Origin: Rebecca billardiae RCC1528
Lineage: Eukaryota > Protista > Haptophyta
DNA: 64,000 nt
Direction of reading: 5' to 3'
Assembly: GCA_965240325.2 (NCBI GenBank)
Contig: OZ251230.1
Span: 868,001 to 932,000 of the forward strand
Positions 55,561 through 64,000 of this stretch are shown here, one piece after another; position 1 is the stretch's first letter; every line of letters begins with the position of its first letter. A program made the translations under genes and the position numbers. The notes under the pieces are model-generated. The model worked only from the letters and a program-made list of their open reading frames with translations. It did not search any database and was not told the DNA's origin.

Positions 55561-57225
55561 CTACAGCTCCTGTCTGGTGCTGCGGGCCCCACCCGCCGGC
55601 CTCTGGCGAATAAGATCTGACACAGGAAGCCTCAGGCTCAGGAGTAGCGCTGTCGTCAGCAGCAGCCCGACGAGTAGCGCAAGGCGCAGGCCGCGCAGAC
55701 GCCACACGCTGATCACCAGGCGCTCGAGCACGGCAAATGGGTGCGCGTCGCGCGCGCCTGCGCGCTTGCGCCGCCGCTTGGCGAACGGCGAGCGCCAGCC
55801 GCCGCGCAGCATCTCTCCGCGCGCGCCCTTGTGCGCGCTCGCTGGCGCGCGCATCATGACCTTTGGCGGCGCGCGCACCTTCTCGACCGTGGGGCCCGCG
55901 GCAGCACCGGGATGAAGCCTCGAGCGCGGAGGCCACGCGTCGTCGCCGCCGCTCGTCTCACCGGCGGCCATGTGCGCGCAGCTGTGCCGCACCGCCTCGG
56001 AGCTGCCCTCGAGCGCGCGCGCCGTGTGGTTGGCGAGCTCAGAGAGCCGGAGGGTGAGCCGGAGGATGCGCGAGGCCGTGGGGGCGCGCGCGTCGTGCCA
56101 GCTCGTGGTGAGCCCGCCCACGTCGACGTGCACGTACGCGTGCACCATCTCGCCCTCGACGACCAGCCCGTCGACGGGCTGGTCGGCGGTGCGCCCGCCG
56201 CTCGCGCACGGCGACGCGCCCAGCCGGTGCAGCCTGGAGAAGGCGACGCCGTCGCACGACAGCGCGAGGCCGATGAAGCACTCGGGCTGGGCGGCGGGCG
56301 CGGAGGGCGCGAGCCAGGTGGGGAACAGGCCGAGCAGCGTGCGCCCGCCGTCCGCGGGGTTCGCGTTCACCGCGCCAAAGTAGACGTTGTGCGCCTCGGC
56401 GCTGTGGCCGTCGATCGCCAGCGGCACGAACTCCCCCCAGCGCTCCGCGGCCGTGCCGAGCGCGCGCACGCGAGCCACCTGCACGTGCCGCCCGTGCTCG
56501 GGCACGGGCGAGACGTTGGCGCGCGCGTACATGAGCGTGCCGCCCCCGAACTCGGCGCTGCGCCTCGCGAACGAGAGCAGCCCGTCGAACTCGCACACCA
56601 GCCGGCTGCGGCGCGCGTCGAAGAGGTGGAGCTTGCGCCGCGCCTCGATGCAGCCCGGGGCGTCGCCGCGCACGCGCGTCACCCACGCCCACTCGTCGAA
56701 GTCGGCGCGCAGCACCTGGTCTCGGCGCGTGGCGCGCCGGACGATGACACCGCGCGGCCGGCCGAGAGCGCTCTCGTTCAGCGAGGGCTCCGCCTTGGCC
56801 CAGTACTCGCCACCCGCGCCGACGAGCGCGCGGCCGCCCGCAGCAAAGACAGCAGCAAAGTTGTGCGCGACGCTGTGGTCTGTCACGAGCGTGCGCGCCG
56901 GCGCGGCCGACGGGCCCCCACCGAGAAGCGATCCGGCGCTCGCGTGCGTCCACACCACCGTCGTCGCCTCGAGCACCGGCGGGCGCAAGCATCGGCGGGC
57001 GAACACAAAGTGCTCGCCCGCAAACGCCGGCTGGAACGCCGGCGGGACGCGCACCAGCCCAAAGTAGCGCGCGGTGTCGCCCGGTGGCAGCCGATCGACG
57101 ACGTCGACGGATCGCACGAGGGGGTGGTACCGCCGCCACGCCGCGGCCTCGGCCTCGCTCCGTGGACCGTGTGTCACCGGCGTTCCCGTGTGGAGGACGA
57201 GCCCGAGCCACAGGCTGGCCGCCAT
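55561..57225 (-). CDS. Hypothetical secreted/membrane-anchored protein, possibly a beta-propeller glycoside-hydrolase-like fold
   Basis: Signal peptide, beta-rich core (EFDGLLSF, MYARAN, GLALSCDG), C-terminal TM helix; function tentative. Confidence 0.55.
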   Translation of the reverse strand: MAASLWLGLVLHTGTPVTHGPRSEAEAAAWRRYHPLVRSVDVVDRLPPGDTARYFGLVRVPPAFQPAFAGEHFVFARRCLRPPVLEATTVVWTHASAGSLLGGGPSAAPARTLVTDHSVAHNFAAVFAAGGRALVGAGGEYWAKAEPSLNESALGRPRGVIVRRATRRDQVLRADFDEWAWVTRVRGDAPGCIEARRKLHLFDARRSRLVCEFDGLLSFARRSAEFGGGTLMYARANVSPVPEHGRHVQVARVRALGTAAERWGEFVPLAIDGHSAEAHNVYFGAVNANPADGGRTLLGLFPTWLAPSAPAAQPECFIGLALSCDGVAFSRLHRLGASPCASGGRTADQPVDGLVVEGEMVHAYVHVDVGGLTTSWHDARAPTASRILRLTLRLSELANHTARALEGSSEAVRHSCAHMAAGETSGGDDAWPPRSRLHPGAAAGPTVEKVRAPPKVMMRAPASAHKGARGEMLRGGWRSPFAKRRRKRAGARDAHPFAVLERLVISVWRLRGLRLALLVGLLLTTALLLSLRLPVSDLIRQRPAGGARSTRQEL

Positions 57226-57412
57226 TCTCTCATGATCTCAGATCGCGCCCGGTCCGGGGGCGCGCTTCCAGCGAGGAGCAACAGTCCGGGCGCTCGGCTG
57301 GACGCCTGGAGTCCTGGACCGGTCCTCTTGCCTCTGACAAGCCGTCCATCGCGCGACCCCACACCGCGTCCACACCTTCCAAACTCAACCGAACCCCGCC
57401 CGCAGCACCACG

Positions 57413-60400
57413 ATGAGCATCCCGCTGATCACCTTTGGGGACGAGACGTCCTTGCCGATCACCGTGCACGGCCTGCACGTGCGCTGCCTCGCCGCGTCGG
57501 ACGTCCCCCGGGCCGCGGTCGAGCTCACGCTCACGGTCTCGAACGAGGCCGCCGACGGCGACGTGACGACCAAGCTCCGCTTCCCGCTCGCCGAAGGCGC
57601 GGCGGTGTGCGGCTTCGCGTACGAGCGCACCGAGGGCACTCTCTTCCCAGCGTCGTCCCTCCCCAAGAAGACCGCGCGCGAGGTCTCGTACGCCGAGCAG
57701 GAGAAGGGCCGCACGGTCGCGCGCGCGAGCGCCGTCCAGGGCCGCGCGTTCGAGATCGAGATCTCCCCGCTGCCGAGGGGGCAGCCGCGGCGCTGCGTGC
57801 TCACGCTGGTTGTGCCCGCCGATCCGGCCAGGGGCACGCTCGCGCTCCCCTTCCGCCTGCCCAAGCCAGTCGACGTGACGACCGAGTGCGCGCTCAGCGC
57901 CGCCGACGGGAGCGGCGTGCGCGAGCTGCCGACGCAGCGCGCGCGCACGGACCTCGCAGAGGGCGGGCTGTGCGTCGCGCTCTCGAGCACGAGCTCGACG
58001 GGCGCCGATGTGCACGCGCGCGCGTCCCCTGCGCTCATCTCCGCGGAGTGCTTCGGCGCACTGCACGCGGTGGTCTTCCTCCCGCGCGCGTGCGTCGATG
58101 GCGCGCTGCAGGCCGCGGCCGAGGGCGCTCCGGCCGAGGGCGCCGCCGGTGCGGCTGCGCGCGCGGAGGGCGCGCGCGAGCACTACGCCATCGCGCTCGA
58201 CACGTCGGCGTCGTGCGCGCCGAGCTCGCCCGCCGCGCTCGACGAGGCGTGCGCCCTCGTGCGCGCGCTCAACCGCTCCGCCCCGGGCGGAGAGGGCTGC
58301 TGCTGCTTCTCTGTGTTCGGATTTGCGCTCGGTGCCGCCGCGCTGAGCGGTGCGCGCGTGAGCGCCGCGGAGGCGGAGGCCGCGATGCGCGGCGCGGCGT
58401 ACGACGGCGGCACCGACCTCAAATCGAGCCTCGACCAGCTCGAGGCCGAGCTCTGCGCCGAGCCCGACCTGAGCGCCGTGCTGCTGCTCTCAGATGGCGC
58501 AGACGCGCTAGGCAGGGTGCCTGCCCTCACGGCGCGCGAGCCGCGGCTGCGCGTGCCCGTGCACGTGCTCGAGGTGGGCGGCGGCGAGGACGGCGCGTGC
58601 GCGGACAGCGCGATGCTCCGCGCGATCGCGCGCAGCATGGGCGGGGTCGCGCTGCTGCGCGGCGCGCCGCGCGACGCGGTGGCCGACGCGGCGCGCCTCC
58701 GCGCGGGCGCGGCAGACTCTGCGCCTGCGGTCGTTGCCGTGCGCACCGACCAGAGCGCAGAGGCGTTCATCGGCGCCGAGTTGGACGACGGCTTCACGTG
58801 CGTGCCGGACCATCGGCTTGCGCGCACCAGCTGGCCCGTGGACCACGAGGGCGTCTTCGTGTGCGTGCGCATGCCCGCCGCCGCCGCGCCTGACGGCGCG
58901 CGCGCCGACGCAGCGGCATCGGCCGGCGCGCCGCCTACTGTCCGCTCGCTGACTGTCGAGCTGCAGCAGGGGGCGCGGCGCGCGCGCATCCCGGTGGCGC
59001 TGGGCGCCGCGGTGGCGCTCGATGCGCACCCGCTCGGTCGGCAGCTCCCGGCCCTGCTCTTTTGCCTCCGCGCGATCGACGAGCTCTCGCTGCCCTCCGC
59101 GGACGCGAATATCTCGCGCGCCGAGATCGAGCGCCTCGGCGGTCGGTACGGCTGCACGACACCGGCGACGGACTTGCTGGTCCTCACCGAGTCGGCGCAG
59201 TTCGTGGAGCACGGGCTGCGCTGCCCGGAGGCCCACCCGGCGTACGCAGCGTGGCGCCGCGCCTTCGACGCCGCCGCCGCGCAGCTCGGCCGCGGGCACG
59301 ACGAGCGTGCCGTCCTTGCGCGCCTCGCCGGCACGGACGGCGCCGAGGCCGGCAGCGCGCGCTCACAGCTCGTCGGCCAGCCCAAGTCGTGCGCTGAGCT
59401 GCAGACGGTGGCGGCGCTGGGTGAGCGGCTCGAGACGACGGTGCGTCGCCCCGTCCAGAGGGCCAGCCAGGCGAGCCGCGCGCGCGCCAGCGTGGCGGGC
59501 TTCGTCGGCGGCGTGCTCGGGCGGCACAGCACGTGGAGCGCCCGCAACCTGCGCGCGCGCTCCGCGGCCGCGCGGCACGCGGACGAGTGCGCGGAGGAGG
59601 ACCTGGCTGGGATGGGCTCGGGGGCCGCCGCGGACGACGACGACGCTGCCCCTGTGTACCGCCGCGCGCTATCGGGCGCGGAGGGGCTGCCCGACGTGGT
59701 CGACGCGGCCAGGGCGATGGAGGAGGACGCGGAAGCCGAGGCGGAGGCCGAGGCGGAGGCGGAGGCGGAGGAGGAGGCCGAGGAGGCGGAGGAGGAGGCA
59801 GAGGAAGCGGACGGCTGCGCGAGCGGCAGCAGCGACGAGGAGCGTGCCGATCTGCAGAGCGACGAGTGGGAAGGCTCGTCGCCCACACGCGCGCCGCCCA
59901 CGCCGCTCGAGGCCCCGGCCGTGCTGCCGCCGCCAAAGGAGGCTGAGCTCGGCGCACTGGGCATCATGGCACTGCAGCCGAAGCAGTGGCACGCGGCGCC
60001 TCGGCCCGATCTGAAGCGCAAGGCAAAGGCATCGGCCGCATCGCCCACGCCGCTGGGCGCACCGCCCCCTGCGCCAGCGCCGCCGCCTCCGGGTGGCATG
60101 GCGCCGCCAGCGCCACCACCGGCCGCGCCCGTGCCTACGACCGCCGCGCCGCCGCCGCCGCCGAGCGCGCAGGCGCCGCCCCCAAACGCCGGCCGGCCGC
60201 GCGGCCGGCCTGCCGCCGCCGAGCTGATCACGCCCGCGCGCCAGAGCCAGCTGCAATCTCGCCGCCTCTTCGGGCTGGGGCTGCCCAGCGGACGGGCGTC
60301 GCGCTCGGCGATGGCGCAGGCCGCGGACACGGCTGAGCCCTTCAGCGCCGCCGCTGACTCGGACGACGTCGACGACGTGGACGACGAGATGGCCGCCGCC

Positions 60401-60426
60401 GAGCCCAACGGCGGCGACGGCGACGG

Positions 60427-60460
<34 letters not shown>

Positions 60461-61594
60461 GCCGCCGCCATCTCGGTCGATCGGTCCGGGTACGTCCAGG
60501 GCGCAGAGAAGAAGTACCTGCCCGCGCTCAGCGCCGCGGCGGCCAAGGGCGTGGAGGCGTGGGAGGCTGCGTACATGGAGCAGCGCGCGGCGCACGGCCA
60601 CTCGCCGTCGTTCTTCGCCTTCGCCGCGTCGGCGCTGCGCGCGGCCGCGGAGGCGGCCGAGGGCTCGGCGCGCACCGTGGCGCGCGCGCCCGCGCTGCGC
60701 GCGCTCTCCGCGCGCGTGCTGAGCAACTGCCTCGAGCTGCGGCTGGCGGACGTGCAGCTGCTGCGCACCGTGGCATACGGGCTGCTCGCCGCGGCCGACC
60801 GCGCGCGCGCCCTCGCAGTCTTCACGCGCGTGCTCGAGCTCGCCCCCTCTGAGCCGCAGTCGTGGCTGGACCTGGCCCTGCTCCACGCAGACCTCGCACT
60901 CCGGGCCCAGCAGGCCGGCGAGGAGGGCAAGGAGGGCGGCGCCGTCGTGCCCGCGGGGCAGGCCGCGCTCGACGCGGCGTGCGCCCACGCCAAGGCAGTG
61001 CTCGTCACGCGCTGGGCGCAGCGCTTCGACGAGGTCGAGTTTGCAGCCCTCGCGCTGCTGCGCTGCGTGCGCGAGCACGCGGCTCGCGCGGCGCTGCGCG
61101 ACCCGCTGCGCGAGGCCGGCGGCGTGGTGCTGCCGGCGCAGCTGCTCCCGGCGTGCGCGCCGCCGCCCGCCGCGCTCGCCGCCGCGCCGCTCGGCCTCCT
61201 CATCTGGATGGGCTGGGACACGGACAAGACGGACGTCGACCTGCACGTGCTCGAGCCGTCGGGCAACGAGGTCTACTACTCGAGCCCGGCGTCCGAGATT
61301 GGGGGCCACCTCTCGCGCGACTTCACGCAGGGGTACGGCCCCGAGCTGTACACGCTGCCCAGCCCGCCCAAGGGCGAGTACCGCGTGCGCGCCAAGTACT
61401 TCGCCAGCCACCAGCCGAGCGCCAGCACGGGCACCACCTCTGTCGTGCTCTGGACGCTCGCGCCGCGCGGCGGGCCGGGCGGCGCTCCGCTGCTCGACTT
61501 CCGCAGCGTGCGGCTGGACGCGCACAAGCACATGCTCGAGGTGCTGCGCGTGCGCGTGGCGGCCGACGGCTCGGTGGCCGTGCGCGGGGCGTGA
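57413..61594 (+). CDS. VIT - vWA - TPR - DUF2135 (YfaP-like) multidomain protein
   Basis: VIT-like N-terminus (LRFPLAEGAAVCGFAY...AREVSYAE), vWA (LDTSAS, YDGGT, LLLSDG), TPR-like helices, DUF2135-like WDTDKTDVDLHVLEPSG...SRDFTQGYGPE. Confidence 0.8.
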
Positions 61595-62149
61595 TCGCAC
61601 GCGGGGTATCAGTATGGCCCCGACCCCGTCGTAAGCGTAGCAGTACATATTCTGCTGATGAGTGCTGCGTGCGCTGCTGATGATGCTGCTGACGATGTAA
61701 TGCCTGCTGACGCGACGAGATACCCTCATCGGCATGTCGTCGTGCGCATCATGCACGACTGACGTGAGTAGATGACGTACGGATGTATAGCAGCAGTCGT
61801 TCTTAGTTATTGCATCATGACGACTACTACTAGTACTGACTACATCGTCAGCATATCGTCGTCGTGCATGCCGAGCATGCTCCAACGCGCGAGTGACGAA
61901 CGATCCAACATCATATGTACGACGACATCATGCACTGCTGACGATATGAATAATGTACGCGCTTAGCAGCGGACGCGCGGGTCACTACTAAGCTACCAGC
62001 AGACAGCCAGCAGTCCAGGATGACTATGACAGTAGCTAGTGACGATATGATGCTGCGCTGCTGAGTCTGTCGTCTATACTACGACGCGCGGATGCGCATA
62101 AATGCGCACGACATCAAACATGTTGTCATCCGATGTTGTCGCGTCTGAT

Positions 62150-63709
62150 ATGACCGCGTTCCGCGGTCCTCTTCCGTCAGAACCAACGTAGTTGGGGGCC
62201 CGCGGTGCAGAGTCTGTCTGTGCCGGCCGTCTGACAGTCTGTGCGGTGTGCCACCCGCTCCGTCCGACCACCACGGACACTCACACAGCCGGCGGCGTCG
62301 CCCCGGAGTCGCATATCGGCCACTAACCTCGCCATCGTCGCGCGGACTCGCCGCTCGCAGATCAGCCTGTGGCTCTCGTGTCAGGCAGTCAGGCATCCGT
62401 CGTGCCCATCAGCGCCAGAGCTGGCTCTCAGTCACTGAGTGAGTGAGAGCCGCCGCTCACGGTCAGCGCGCAGTCCGAGCTCCGAGCTCGCGCGCGAAAC
62501 GCCCGCCCATGCGCCAGTCAAGCCGTCGAGACTCGAGACAGCTCGGATGCGGCGGACGAGAGCAAAAAGGATGTGCGCGTGGTCCAGCTCGTGCTGCGAC
62601 TCGGACTCGCCCAGTCTCGTCGCCCGCAGATCTGCGCGCGCTGCTTGCCGCGCCGCTGCATCATGTCCAGCCAGAGGCTCCAGTCAGTCAGCACGCCGCA
62701 CGCGGATGAGCCATCACAGCTCGGCCATGGACGGCGCGAGCGAGGGCTTGGGCGAGCGAGATGGCCGTGGTGGCTGCTCCACATCCCGACAAAACGTCCA
62801 AGACTACCCGCTCGCACCACGCCGACTGGATCAGGCGAAGGCTCCGCACTGCAGATCAGGCTCGGCGAGACTGACGCGGCTGAACCGCGACGTCCTCGCG
62901 ACCGCCCGCGCTTGAACATGCCGAGAGTTCAGCTGCGCGGCGTGCGGCGTGGCGCGCGCGGGCGCGCGCATGGATTCACGCGTTAGGATGCCCCGCGGTC
63001 TCCTCCTCGTACCGTCGCCGACTGCTCTCCGCGCGCGAGCGTCGACATCGATTCGTGTCCGCGGTCCGGTGCTCGGTTGGAAACCGCACTGACTGGGCCG
63101 AAGAGGGATCGGCAGGGCGGGGCGCGCGGGGTGAGCGGGCACGAAAGCGACGCTGACGACCGTCGGGATACCCGCCGCAGCAGCGCGCACCTGCGCTGAG
63201 TCCGTCGGATTGAACGATCGTGCGCTGCCGCAGCGGGCCGCCCCTCGGCCTCCGTTCGCTTTCGTTCGGCTGTGCTGGCAGTCCTTGGCCGAGGCGGCGA
63301 GGCGACGACTCCAGCGGATAGCTGCGGCGGGTATTTTCAATCTCTCGCACTATTGGAGTTGGTTGGACGATTATGTCAACGGTCGTTCTTGGCATCTTGC
63401 AGCGGCGAGGCCATATTATTTTACTATGGTCACACTACATTAAGGAGAGTCTACCCACAATTACCCTGCCTCGCACACTTGGGCGCGGGTTTCGTTGATT
63501 CCTCTGTTCACTATTCAAGACGGCGGACGCGCCCTTTTTCGACGAGGATGCACCTGTAAGGGAGTCTCAAAATTCGAAACTCGGTCTCCTCCAGCCCTGA
63601 AAATCGTCCCCCGTCCCTTTTTTCTTTGATCAAAGATCTTTTTGAAACGTGGTTCGGGCCCGCTGGTGCGGGCTCCACGCTGCGCGCTCCGCCCTGCACC
63701 GCGGGCCAT
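62150..63709 (-). mobile_element. Helentron/Helitron2-like element, family A copy 4
   Basis: Same two ends (conserved block shortened to ~150 bp); the interior contains the repeat shared with 16411-16967. Confidence 0.75.
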
Positions 63710-63860
63710 CAGCATCAGCAGCGCAGACGGCGATGACCGTATATATCGATATATATACGTACTGATGTAGTGAGCTATATATACGACGCATGCGACGCAC
63801 GACTGCTGCTAGATGATGACGCGACATGAAGTAGTCATCCGACGCACGGCGGGCAGCGCC

Positions 63861-64000
63861 TCAGCACGCAGTGCGCGTGCTACTGCCGCTGCTGCTCGGA
63901 GGCCGTGCACAGCAGCGCGCGAGCTGCTCGAGAGCGCGCAGCTCTGCGCCCAGGCCGGGCGCATGCTGCGAGTCCTCCCGCTCGAGGAGGTCGGCCACCA
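63861..64000 (-). CDS. Possible 3' end of a gene extending beyond the window
   Basis: Open frame ...VADLLEREDSQHAPGLGAELRALEQLARC...* with coding-like composition. Confidence 0.35.
   Translation of the reverse strand, partial: VADLLEREDSQHAPGLGAELRALEQLARCCARPPSSSGSSTRTAC

Overview
Very GC-rich eukaryotic nuclear DNA: GT-AG introns with GC-dinucleotide-rich ends, PEX5, eIF3b, a CDK and (TA)n microsatellites. Composition and intron style suggest a haptophyte-like alga (inference, possibly Pavlovales). About 20 protein-coding genes are present, most in tight head-to-head pairs separated by more AT-rich, repeat-laden spacers. Housekeeping genes: PEX5, CDK, SAM-type mitochondrial carrier, TRM1 fusion, NOP16, eIF3b, SDR, 2OG oxygenase, WD40, DUF1295 and two sulfotransferases. 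The most notable features are: (1) at least five non-autonomous elements sharing an asymmetric terminal inverted repeat plus 3' hairpin design (Helentron/Helitron2-like), each with different internal cargo, in two subfamilies with co-varying ends; (2) a 12 x 38-aa EsV-1-7-type Cys/His repeat protein whose near-identical repeats vary at a few fixed positions, inside nested direct repeats; (3) an AID/APOBEC-like deaminase; (4) a multi-pass membrane protein with a TIR-like domain; (5) a 4.1-kb foldback/MULE-like element with a 9-bp TSD; (6) a bacterial-style VIT-vWA-TPR-DUF2135 gene. All calls come from reading motifs by eye; no database searches were run.
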